From IMG/VR virus record IMGVR_UViG_3300020558_000217, positions 41,600 through 105,599 of that record: DNA of 64,000 nt. The stretch is one strand, 5' to 3'. Each line of letters begins with the position of its first letter. Within the stretch, counting starts at the first letter, position 1. This stretch comes from a virus. The position numbers and the translations under genes are program-made. Positions 47,967 through 56,674 of the stretch are shown one piece after another. Under the pieces are notes generated by a model. That model saw only the letters and a program-made list of their open reading frames with translations, had not been told where the DNA came from and did no database searches.

Positions 47967-48743
47967 ATATTCTTCTATGGAAAGAAACTTATGATCTATA
48001 AAATGATTCAATGAGCATGTGAAGTATTGATACTTATTCTCCAGATGTTTTGGAAAGGGAATGCACTCAATTGTAGCGCATTCTTTTTCAGCAACTAATT
48101 GAGCCACCCTTTCAAACGACCTAGCAACTCCTGTGCCGAGATCGTAAATACCAGAAGGTTTATCATAAAACATACAATCAATAACATCTTCTACCCAAAT
48201 AAAGTCTCGCATACATGCGTTAGATTTTTCGAATAGTTTAATTGTTCCTGTTTCTCTTGCTTGTTTGGTGAATTTATAAACTGGACTTGCTTGGTCGCCT
48301 TTGTGGCTTTCGTGTTTGCCAAAAACATTAAAGAATCTATAACCTTGAATTTTAGAAAACTTATCTATATTATCTTCTACAAACCTATCAATAGTTGCTT
48401 TTGATAGAGCGTAATAATTCAAAGGGTTTATTTCTCTTCTATAATTTGTATTACCATACACTGCAGCAGACGAAGCGTATTTTACAGGAATTTGATAGTC
48501 TATTGCATTATTAAGTAGTTTGATAGTATAGTCTATGTTATACTTGTGTATTTTATTAATATCAGTTTCAGTAGTGTCTGTAATAGCTCCAAGATGCCAA
48601 ATTTGCTTTATTTCTTCCCAATTTATACCCTCGTATAAATCGTCAAAACAATATTGTTTTTCTGAATAATAGATTCCTCCTTGTGGAAATCTTTGAAGTA
48701 AATGTTGACCAATAAATCCGTCAGTCCCTGTTATTAAGATCAT
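47943..48743 (-). CDS. hldD: ADP-L-glycero-D-manno-heptose-6-epimerase
   Basis: ILITGTDGFIG, HLGAITDTTE, YASSAAVYG, PLNYYALSK, RFFNVFG..E.HKG.QAS, RDFIWVED, IPFP.HL..KYQ.FT. Confidence 0.9.
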   Translation of the reverse strand: MILITGTDGFIGQHLLQRFPQGGIYYSEKQYCFDDLYEGINWEEIKQIWHLGAITDTTETDINKIHKYNIDYTIKLLNNAIDYQIPVKYASSAAVYGNTNYRREINPLNYYALSKATIDRFVEDNIDKFSKIQGYRFFNVFGKHESHKGDQASPVYKFTKQARETGTIKLFEKSNACMRDFIWVEDVIDCMFYDKPSGIYDLGTGVARSFERVAQLVAEKECATIECIPFPKHLENKYQYFTCSLNHFIDHKFLSIEEYLLRNDNI

Positions 48744-49032
48744 TGAAAAAATCCTCTGAATTTATCGCCTTGTCGTCAATCCAAACATCATATGATGGTT
48801 TATTGAAATTAAGGGAAGTATATTTAACGCCCCATTTTTTAAACTGTTCAATAGTCAAATCGCGCCAATCTTTGCCCGAACTCATTCCTCTTGCAGTCCA
48901 GTAATGTATTTCATAACCAACATCATACAAACTGTTAAGAGTCTCAATTCTTTTTTTGATAGGCAATGAATTAGCGTAATCGCTATTTTTTGAAATACAA
49001 ATAGTATTATCAATATCTACCAAATATTTCAT
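48721..49032 (-). CDS. small HAD-family phosphatase
   Basis: DIDNTIC (DxD), YWTARG, KP.YDVWIDDKA. Confidence 0.82.
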   Translation of the reverse strand: MKYLVDIDNTICISKNSDYANSLPIKKRIETLNSLYDVGYEIHYWTARGMSSGKDWRDLTIEQFKKWGVKYTSLNFNKPSYDVWIDDKAINSEDFFNDLNNRD

Positions 49033-49382
49033 TTTTGACTGTCTCCTGGCATTATTCTGAAATCATCGTTATCATAATGTGTAGTTGAGATTTCGAATAC
49101 AACAGAATCATCTTCAAGAGCTTCTAATTGATGTGGTTCTCCAGGTTCGTTTGTCCAAGTATCGCCTTCTTTTAAAATATTGTGTTGAATCGAAGCATCT
49201 TTAGTTTCTATCCAATGTATTTTAAATTTTCCTTTTTGAACATAAAACGTTTCATGTTTTTTTAAATGAAAATGCATAGATCCTTTAGAGCCAGCTTTAT
49301 CATATACTAATAACTTACCACAATATTTGTCGTTGTTTTCAATTATGAGTTCTCTACCCCATCCTTTATTGACAATCTGCAT
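49029..49382 (-). CDS. cupin-fold sugar isomerase-like protein
   Basis: KGWGRE, YCGKLL, SMHFH..KHETFYV, PH.LEALED, FEIST. Confidence 0.8.
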   Translation of the reverse strand: MQIVNKGWGRELIIENNDKYCGKLLVYDKAGSKGSMHFHLKKHETFYVQKGKFKIHWIETKDASIQHNILKEGDTWTNEPGEPHQLEALEDDSVVFEISTTHYDNDDFRIMPGDSQK

Positions 49383-50520
49383 TTAAATGCTCCAAAGTTT
49401 TTGTAGTAGAGTAGCCCTTAACAAATGGTATTATTACGACCTTTGTTAAATCGTTACCTACAACTTCTTCAGGTTTATAGTCTCCGCCCTTTGTAATTAT
49501 ATCTGGCTTCAATTTTTTTATTAATTCATAAGGAGTATCTTCGTTAAAAATAATAACTTCATCGACACAATCTAGAGCTTCTAGAACTGCTTTTCTGTCT
49601 TTCTGATTGTTTATAGGTCGTTGTTCGCCTTTTAATCTTTTGATTGATTCGTCTGAATTCAAACCCACTATCAATTTATATCCAAGTTTTCTAGACTCTT
49701 TTAGATATTCTATGTGGCCTCTATGTAGAATATCAAAACAACCATTAGTGAATACTACAGAGTTTTTAGCAATATTTTCTTTTGATAAAACATATGTTCC
49801 GAATTTAGTAACTGAAATACTGGCCAATCTCACAGCCTTTGAACAAGCATCATAAAGGTTGTTTCCGATACTAAGATAGTGAGTCATAGCTGCGATGAAT
49901 ACATCTCCTGCGCCAGTAACATCAGAAACTGGATGTTTGTCTGTTGATATTTCTCCTTCGAAATCGTCAGAGGAAATATATACTCCATTCTCTCCCTTTG
50001 TGACTACAATAGATCCTATGTTGAATAATTTTCGAAGCTGAAAAGGCGTATTACCGAATCCATATTCTTCAAGTTCTTTTTGGTTCAATTTTATTATACT
50101 TGAATTTTTATAATTGTCAATAGGTTTTTTGGGATCTACTATAACTTTAGAACCTTTTTTAATAAAATTATCAACTATCAATTGGCTGTGATGTAAGAAT
50201 CCTTTGTTATAATCAGAAAGAATCACATAATCCGGATTAACTGGAAAATCTATATCTTGATTTGGGATATATTCTTCTTCGTCAGAACGAAACATTATAT
50301 GATTATCGCATACGAATCTGGTCTTTTTGGAATTAAAAGAAGCAAAAATCTCAGTATCCGAACCAAGAGCTTGGAGATTCTCGTAGACATTTCCTGCACC
50401 GCCTGAACGAAATTCAGTAGTTTTAGATTTGAAAACAGGTATGGGAGACTCAGGCGATATACGGTCTACGGTGCCATATATATAAATATCTTCTATGTAA
50501 TCACCAATCACTGCGATCAT
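49366..50520 (-). CDS. hldE: bifunctional heptose-7-phosphate kinase / heptose-1-phosphate nucleotidyltransferase
   Basis: RISPESPIPV, GGAGNV, LSDYNKG, DVTGAGD (PfkB); FTNGCFDILHRGH, GLNSDES, KGGDY, STT; start revised to 50520. Confidence 0.92.
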   Translation of the reverse strand: MIAVIGDYIEDIYIYGTVDRISPESPIPVFKSKTTEFRSGGAGNVYENLQALGSDTEIFASFNSKKTRFVCDNHIMFRSDEEEYIPNQDIDFPVNPDYVILSDYNKGFLHHSQLIVDNFIKKGSKVIVDPKKPIDNYKNSSIIKLNQKELEEYGFGNTPFQLRKLFNIGSIVVTKGENGVYISSDDFEGEISTDKHPVSDVTGAGDVFIAAMTHYLSIGNNLYDACSKAVRLASISVTKFGTYVLSKENIAKNSVVFTNGCFDILHRGHIEYLKESRKLGYKLIVGLNSDESIKRLKGEQRPINNQKDRKAVLEALDCVDEVIIFNEDTPYELIKKLKPDIITKGGDYKPEEVVGNDLTKVVIIPFVKGYSTTKTLEHLNADCQ

Positions 50521-50582
50521 ATTAACTCTCTTTGTTATGCCTAAATATATTAAAAACAAAGCCAACAAGGGGATAGGGAACC

Positions 50583-53500
50583 ATGGCAGATAAAGATTTC
50601 GTCGTAAAAAATGGTCTAGTTACCGGAACTAATAACGTCACAATAGGTAACTCAGTATATATAGTTGCCAATGGCAACGTCGGCGTTGGCACTGATACCC
50701 CTAATGCTCTGGTGACTATTGTAGGTCCAACCACTAACGCAACTAATTTAAATATTAATGGTTTGACAGTAACTTATAATAGTAACACGTTTAATAATTC
50801 TTCCAATGTAGGCGGAGCTGCTATTGGTGGATATAATGCTAACGGTTTTGGCGTTTTAGGTAGATCTGGTCCTGGTATAGGCGTTATTGGTGTTGCTAAT
50901 GTTGGTGGTGGATATGGCGTTGGAGGTTACGCCCATTCAACGGCAGATTCTTTTTCGGTCGCAGGCTATTTTCTCAACCAAAGTAATGGTATTGGCGTTA
51001 GAGCAGCATCAGTTTCTGGTAGACCGTTCGTTGTTGCTAATGCCACAGTAGATATTATGACTGTGATTTCTAATGGTAATATTGGTATAGGAGATTCTTC
51101 TCCTGCAGTTAGATTAGTTGTTAATGGATCAATCAATGCTACTAGTATAAACGCTGCTTCTTATACAGTTGGAACATCATTCACTGCTAATTCTACTCTA
51201 GTAAACGTTGTTTCTTTATCAGTTTCTACTAACACATCTACCTTCGGTACAGCAGCCCGAATAGTTGCTAACGGCAACATCGGTATAGGAACTGCTACCC
51301 CTAATTCTCTAGTAACTATTGTAGGTCCGGCTGCTAATGCAACCAATTTAGATATTAATGGTTTGACAGTAACTTATAATAGTAACACATTCACTAATTC
51401 GGTAAATACTGGTGCTGCAGCTATTGGTGGATATAATGCTAACGGTTTTGGTGTTCTTGGTAAATCAGGGGCTGGTATAGGCGTTATTGGTGTTGCTAAT
51501 GTTGGTGGCGGTCAAGGAGTTGCAGGTTACGCCCATTCAACGGCAGATTCTTCTTCAATTGCAGGATATTTCTTTAATCAAAGTAATGGTACTGGAGTCT
51601 ATGCTAGATCTTTTGGCGGTAGACCATTCGTTGCTGCTAGTAATACTGCAGAATATATGAGCATTTCAGCTAACGGTAATATTGGTATAGGAGATTCAAC
51701 CCCTGCAGTTAGATTAGTTGTTAATGGATCAATCAATGCTACTAGTATAAACGCAGTTTCTCATACAGTTGGAACATCATTCACTGCCAATTCTACTCTA
51801 GTAAACGCTGTTTCGCTAGTAGTGTCAACTAACACTTCTACTTTTGGCACAGCAGCCCGAATAGTTGCCAATGGTAACATTGGCGTTGGTACTGCTACTC
51901 CTGGTGAAAAAATTACTGTCATTAGTACCGATAGTACAGGGGCTGCGGGATTTCAAACTTTATCTGGAACTGCGACAGCTCTGGGAGCTGCAGCTAATGC
52001 TGGCGTTGGAGCTTATATCCAATCTAGAACTGGTAGGCCATTAGTTGTTGCTAATAATACTACAGAATTTTTCCAAGTTGTTGCTAATGGCAACGTCGGC
52101 GTTGGCACTGCTACCCCTAATTCTCTAGTAACTATTGTAGGCCCAACCGCTAATGCTACTAACCTAGATATTAATGGTCTAACAGTTACCTATAATAGTA
52201 ACACATTCACCAGTTCTTCTAATGTAGGCGGAGCTGCTATTGGTGGGTATAACGCCAATGGTTTTGCTGTTCTTGGTAGATCTAGCGCTGGTATAGGTAT
52301 TGTTGGAGTTGCTAACTCTGGTAGCGGTATTGCTATTGCAGGTTATGCTCATGCAACAACTAATTCTTCTGCGCATGCAGGTTTTTTCTTGAATTCAAGT
52401 AATGGAATTGGCGTTAGAGCGGCGGTCTCAACAGGTGGTAGACCTTTCGTTGCTTCTAATGCTACTGTAGAATTTATGTCTGTTGAAGCTAATGGCAACA
52501 TTGGTTTCGGCAATTCATCGCCTAGATCTAAATTACATATAACCAGAAGTTCGGGCGCCAGCGCCGCTGGCGAAATATATTTGGATGAAGGTTTATATTG
52601 GTCCATGTTGAACAGTCGGTCGACCGTTGGCGCTTGGAATCCATTAGTACAAACTAATGATCATACTTTAATATATTCTGATGGTTCGGCTGATACTGGC
52701 GCTTTGGTCATTGGACCATGGTCTTCTGATAACAAAGGTATGCGTATCGCTAGTAATGGTAGCATTGGTATTGGTACTGCTACTCCTGGCGAAAGAATTA
52801 CTGTAATTAGCGCCGATGGTAGAGGAGCTGGATTTTTTCTATCCAATACAGGTAATGGTTTGAGTAGCAAAACTGAAAATGGTTTTGCTGGAATTATTGG
52901 TGTATCTAACTCTAGTTCATCATCTGTCGCTATTGCTGGTTACGCTAATACTGGATATGGTGGTTATTTTCAAACTTTCTTTGGGACGCAGACAGCTCTA
53001 GCAGCTGTAGCTAATGCTGGAGTTGCAGTTTACGCTCAATCCGGAACTGGTAGACCATTAGTTGTTGCTAATAATACTGTAGAATTTATGTCTGTTCAAG
53101 CTAATGGCGCTGTTTTATTTGCTGGCACTCATCATAATATATCCAGTCTCGGTGGAGTTTTTAGGACTGGCGCTGGCGATTATGGTGTTAGAATTTATCC
53201 AGGTGGCGGTAGTGATTCGAATACTGCTATATTACAATTCACAAACGCTGCTCAAAATACACAAACAGCCCAAATCGCAGTAAATTCTGCAGGTCTTTTT
53301 GTGGGTACTTCTGTTAGCACCTCTGTTTATTTTGTAGCCGGTGGTTCAGTAAAGGCCACATTAGATCCAAGTGGTAATTTCGTCGCCAATGGTAATATTA
53401 CTGCATTTGGCGCGACTTCCGACGAAAGATTGAAAGAAAATATTACACCATTTTCAAACACACTAGATAAAGTAAAAAGACTTCAAGGCGTTACTTATAA

Positions 53501-53720
53501 TTGGAAAAAAGGAACCGCTGAACGTGATTTTGCTGGTATCAATAATGATATTGGTTTGATTGCACAGAACGTCCAAGAAGTATTTCCAGATCTAGTTCGT
53601 GAAAGCGAAGACGGTTATCTTTCTTTGCGCGATAGAGGTTTGTTTGCAATTCTAATCGAAGCAATCAAAGAACAACAAAATCAAATTGATGAACTTAAAA
53701 AAATGTTGGAGAATAAATAA
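50583..53720 (+). CDS. long tail fibre with S74 chaperone
   Basis: MADKDFVVKNGL anchor; repeated NGN(V/I)G(I/V)GT..P; C-terminal SDERLKENI...GLIAQ.VQEVFP.LV...LIEAIKE. Confidence 0.9.
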   Translation: MADKDFVVKNGLVTGTNNVTIGNSVYIVANGNVGVGTDTPNALVTIVGPTTNATNLNINGLTVTYNSNTFNNSSNVGGAAIGGYNANGFGVLGRSGPGIGVIGVANVGGGYGVGGYAHSTADSFSVAGYFLNQSNGIGVRAASVSGRPFVVANATVDIMTVISNGNIGIGDSSPAVRLVVNGSINATSINAASYTVGTSFTANSTLVNVVSLSVSTNTSTFGTAARIVANGNIGIGTATPNSLVTIVGPAANATNLDINGLTVTYNSNTFTNSVNTGAAAIGGYNANGFGVLGKSGAGIGVIGVANVGGGQGVAGYAHSTADSSSIAGYFFNQSNGTGVYARSFGGRPFVAASNTAEYMSISANGNIGIGDSTPAVRLVVNGSINATSINAVSHTVGTSFTANSTLVNAVSLVVSTNTSTFGTAARIVANGNIGVGTATPGEKITVISTDSTGAAGFQTLSGTATALGAAANAGVGAYIQSRTGRPLVVANNTTEFFQVVANGNVGVGTATPNSLVTIVGPTANATNLDINGLTVTYNSNTFTSSSNVGGAAIGGYNANGFAVLGRSSAGIGIVGVANSGSGIAIAGYAHATTNSSAHAGFFLNSSNGIGVRAAVSTGGRPFVASNATVEFMSVEANGNIGFGNSSPRSKLHITRSSGASAAGEIYLDEGLYWSMLNSRSTVGAWNPLVQTNDHTLIYSDGSADTGALVIGPWSSDNKGMRIASNGSIGIGTATPGERITVISADGRGAGFFLSNTGNGLSSKTENGFAGIIGVSNSSSSSVAIAGYANTGYGGYFQTFFGTQTALAAVANAGVAVYAQSGTGRPLVVANNTVEFMSVQANGAVLFAGTHHNISSLGGVFRTGAGDYGVRIYPGGGSDSNTAILQFTNAAQNTQTAQIAVNSAGLFVGTSVSTSVYFVAGGSVKATLDPSGNFVANGNITAFGATSDERLKENITPFSNTLDKVKRLQGVTYNWKKGTAERDFAGINNDIGLIAQNVQEVFPDLVRESEDGYLSLRDRGLFAILIEAIKEQQNQIDELKKMLENK
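50668..52500 (+). repeat. internal 600-bp duplication plus a third partial copy within the fibre gene
   Basis: GCAGTTAGATTAGTTGTTAATGGATCAATCAATGCTACTAGTATAAACGC near 51105 and 51705; third copy of the NGLTVTYNSNTF module starts near 52083. Confidence 0.85.
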
Positions 53721-54436
53721 TGCCAACACCGAGTACTGGCGCTATATCATTTTCTGACATTGCAAGTATTGTTTATAACAATGCAACAGCTCAAATAAGT
53801 TTAAATGATACTAATGTTAGAATTTTATTAGATGTTCCTACTAGTGCAGCGCAGATAAGTATGACAAATGCACGAGGCAAACCTGTAGCAGGAAGTAATA
53901 GTTACAGCACTCCTGGAACGTATACATTTCTAACTCTTCCATATCAAACATTAAATGTTGATGTCAGAGGTGCTGGTGGCGGCGGTGGAGGTGGCGGAAC
54001 ATTTTTTTACCCATGCGGGTTTTTAGGCGATTGCCCTGGTTTGCCTGGCACAAATGGCGGAGAATCAAGATTTGTTTCTTCAACTCCAGTAATTGGAGGA
54101 GGCGGGTTTGGTGGAAATAGTGCACCGGGGTGCGGCGGAAGTGGTCCTGGGGGAGGAAACGGAACTGGTTCTGGTGGCACTAATCAAGGCGCAGGCGGCG
54201 GCGCTGGTGGCGCTGGAGGAGATCCAAATGGTGGATGCGGCGGCCTATCGGGTGGTACAGGAAATAGACAGACTAAATCTTGGACTTTCAATTCTACAGC
54301 GGGTCATCCTACTTGGTCAACAAGTTATCAGGTAGTAGTAGGTCAAGGCGGCGCTGGTGGTGGCGGAAATCCTACATGGGGCGGCGGCACCGGTGGAACA
54401 GGTGCCAATGGTTCTGTTTTGATATCTTGGAGTTAA
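53720..54436 (+). CDS. glycine-rich fibre-tip adhesin (gp38-like)
   Basis: N-terminal PSTGAISFSDI...ISM...RGK attachment motif, then multiple GGGGG runs; directly follows an S74 fibre. Confidence 0.75.
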   Translation: MPTPSTGAISFSDIASIVYNNATAQISLNDTNVRILLDVPTSAAQISMTNARGKPVAGSNSYSTPGTYTFLTLPYQTLNVDVRGAGGGGGGGGTFFYPCGFLGDCPGLPGTNGGESRFVSSTPVIGGGGFGGNSAPGCGGSGPGGGNGTGSGGTNQGAGGGAGGAGGDPNGGCGGLSGGTGNRQTKSWTFNSTAGHPTWSTSYQVVVGQGGAGGGGNPTWGGGTGGTGANGSVLISWS

Positions 54437-54438
54437 AC

Positions 54439-54996
54439 ATGACAGAAAAATTTTTTATTCAAATTAAAAACAATAAACCATATGAGCACCCGATTGCAGA
54501 ATGGAACATGAGATTACTTTTTTCAGATTTTGATCCTGACAATCCACCAGAAGGTTATGCTAGATTTATAAGAAAGCCATTACCAGACGTCGCAATTCAT
54601 CAAAAACTTTCTTCTGTTCATTATATTAGTGACGAGGAGTTATCTAAAGAATACAATACTGAAATATGGACAGATCATTACGAAATAACATCGCTTTCTG
54701 AAGAAGAAATAATACAATTAGCTATTCAATCTGTAAAAGATTATAATGAGAACATGAGAAAAATTATGAATGCGCCGTATTCTGCGCCTGACGATGGCAA
54801 TTATTATATTTGGTCTGTTTCTTCTAACAATTGGATTAAAAAACCTGAGAATTTTGATGAATTGTTATCAAAATATTATAAAAAAATAAAAGAATACGGA
54901 TTATTAGAAACTAGACCCGAAGACTTAGATAAAATAGACAAAACACAATTATTAGAATTGCAGAATTTATTTAACGAACTTGTGATTGATAAATAG
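54439..54996 (+). CDS. hypothetical protein, possibly tail fibre assembly
   Basis: Start revised to ATG 54439 after GGAG; P..DDGNYYIW....NNW motif. Confidence 0.6.
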   Translation: MTEKFFIQIKNNKPYEHPIAEWNMRLLFSDFDPDNPPEGYARFIRKPLPDVAIHQKLSSVHYISDEELSKEYNTEIWTDHYEITSLSEEEIIQLAIQSVKDYNENMRKIMNAPYSAPDDGNYYIWSVSSNNWIKKPENFDELLSKYYKKIKEYGLLETRPEDLDKIDKTQLLELQNLFNELVIDK

Positions 54997-54998
54997 TC

Positions 54999-55202
54999 AT
55001 GAAAGACGTTAAAGAAGTTTGGAAAGAAAGAAGTAAAAAATCTAAAGAAAGATTAGAAGTTTGCAATCAATGCGAAAAATTCGATAAGACATTTTTTACA
55101 TGTAAAGAATGTGGATGTTTTATGAAATTTAAAACTCTATTCCCCGAATCTAGATGTCCGCTCGCTAAGTGGAATAGTTACTCAGAAAATCAGGAACAAT
55201 AA
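54999..55202 (+). CDS. small Cys-rich (CxxC..CxxCxC..CP) protein, DUF6171-like
   Basis: RLEVCNQC...TCKECGCFM..KT......CPLAKW. Confidence 0.75.
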   Translation: MKDVKEVWKERSKKSKERLEVCNQCEKFDKTFFTCKECGCFMKFKTLFPESRCPLAKWNSYSENQEQ

Positions 55203-55943
55203 ATGGCAATCCCAACAACAAGAGCAGAATTTGTTGAAAATTGTTTACGAAGATTGGGTAAACCAGTCATCGAAATAAACGTTGACGATGACCAAGTTTC
55301 CGATCGTATTGACGAAGCTCTACGATATTTTTGGGATTATCACTTTGATGGTTCTGAAAAAACATATTACAAAAGACAAATTGATCAAACTGATATAGAT
55401 AACAAGTATATTACGCTTCCAGAAAATATTATTGGCGCTGTAAACATTTTTCCTCTTGGTTCAGCTCTTGGTTTGAACAACTTATTCAATATTCGTTATC
55501 AAATTGCGCTTAATGATCTTTATACTCTAACATCTGTTTCAATGGTTCCATATTATATGGCCATGAATCATGTTCAGTTTCTTGAACAGATGCTAGTCGG
55601 TCAACAACCATTGAGATACAATCGTCATATTAATAAACTATATATTGATATGTCTTGGGATCAAATTGCTGTTGGTAATTATTTAATCGTTGAAGCATAT
55701 CAAGTCGTAGATCCTGATGTTTATACTGATGCATGGGCTGATAGATGGTTAGGTAGATATGCAGCTTGTTTAATCAAACAGCAATGGGGTCAAAACCTTA
55801 AGAAGTTTGAAGGTATGAAAATGCCAGGTGGACTGACTTTTAATGGTCAAAAAATATACGATGAAGCCACTCAGGAAAGAGCAGATCTAGAGCGTGAAAT
55901 GATTTACAGCTATAGTTTACCAGCAACCGATATGATCGGATAA
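55203..55943 (+). CDS. 13: neck protein gp13
   Basis: CLRRLGKPVIEINVDDDQ..DRIDEAL.Y...YHFDG, KQQWGQNLKKF.G..MPGG.T.NG. Confidence 0.93.
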   Translation: MAIPTTRAEFVENCLRRLGKPVIEINVDDDQVSDRIDEALRYFWDYHFDGSEKTYYKRQIDQTDIDNKYITLPENIIGAVNIFPLGSALGLNNLFNIRYQIALNDLYTLTSVSMVPYYMAMNHVQFLEQMLVGQQPLRYNRHINKLYIDMSWDQIAVGNYLIVEAYQVVDPDVYTDAWADRWLGRYAACLIKQQWGQNLKKFEGMKMPGGLTFNGQKIYDEATQERADLEREMIYSYSLPATDMIG

Positions 55944-55945
55944 TC

Positions 55946-56674
55946 ATGGCCACCAATTTTTTCTTCAATAATTTTCAAGCATCTCAGGAGCAGCTGCTTC
56001 TTGAGAATTTGATTGTTGAATCAATAAAAATATACGGCCACGATATATACTACGTTCCACGTAAATTAAATAATTACGATGACGTTTATGGAGCAGACGA
56101 TCAATCTTCATATGAAGTAGCATATCCAATAGAAATGTATATTAAATCTATTGATGGATTCAGCGGCGATCAAGAATTCCTTTCTAAGTTTGGCGTTGAA
56201 ATCCGTAATCAAGTTGTGTTCTCGGTCGCTCGTAGAATTTTTAACGATGAAGTCGGAGAGTTTACTACTCAGGTAAGACCAAACGAAGGAGACTTAATTT
56301 GGTTTCCATTAAATCAAAGAGCCTTTCAAATAAAATATGTAAACAAGTATGAAATGTTCTATCAGCTTGGAGCTTTGCAGACATGGGAAATGACCTGTGA
56401 AGTATTCGAGTATTCAGGCGAACTTATTAATACTGGTATTCCTGAAATAGATGCTATTCAGAAAAAGTATGATACTAATATTCTTGATTGGGTCATTAAA
56501 CAAGAAAGTTCAATCAAAACTCCTATCTTAACTGAAGACGGAGATTACATAGTTCTGGAAAATTCTTCAATGAACGATCTTATACCTGCTTCTGATAATG
56601 ATGAAATACAACAAGAGTCAGATTTATTTGTAGACTTTAGTTCAATAGATCCATTTAGCGAAGGTAAAATTTAA
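55946..56674 (+). CDS. 14: neck protein gp14
   Basis: EQ.L.E.LIVESIKIYG.D.YY.PR, SKFG, RPNEGDLIWFP, FYQLG, CE.FEYS.E. Confidence 0.93.
   Translation: MATNFFFNNFQASQEQLLLENLIVESIKIYGHDIYYVPRKLNNYDDVYGADDQSSYEVAYPIEMYIKSIDGFSGDQEFLSKFGVEIRNQVVFSVARRIFNDEVGEFTTQVRPNEGDLIWFPLNQRAFQIKYVNKYEMFYQLGALQTWEMTCEVFEYSGELINTGIPEIDAIQKKYDTNILDWVIKQESSIKTPILTEDGDYIVLENSSMNDLIPASDNDEIQQESDLFVDFSSIDPFSEGKI

Noticed and set aside
44318-50520. Island as a DNA hypermodification system
   Set aside because: No hydroxymethylase or base-modification genes are nearby, and the location among fibre genes and the TPR/SunS-like architectures favour protein or surface substrates. Not fully excluded without the rest of the genome.
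54280-54438. Arg/Trp-rich N-terminal extension of ORF 54280-54996
   Set aside because: It is an out-of-frame read of the Gly-rich adhesin; the likely start is ATG 54439 with a GGAG RBS.
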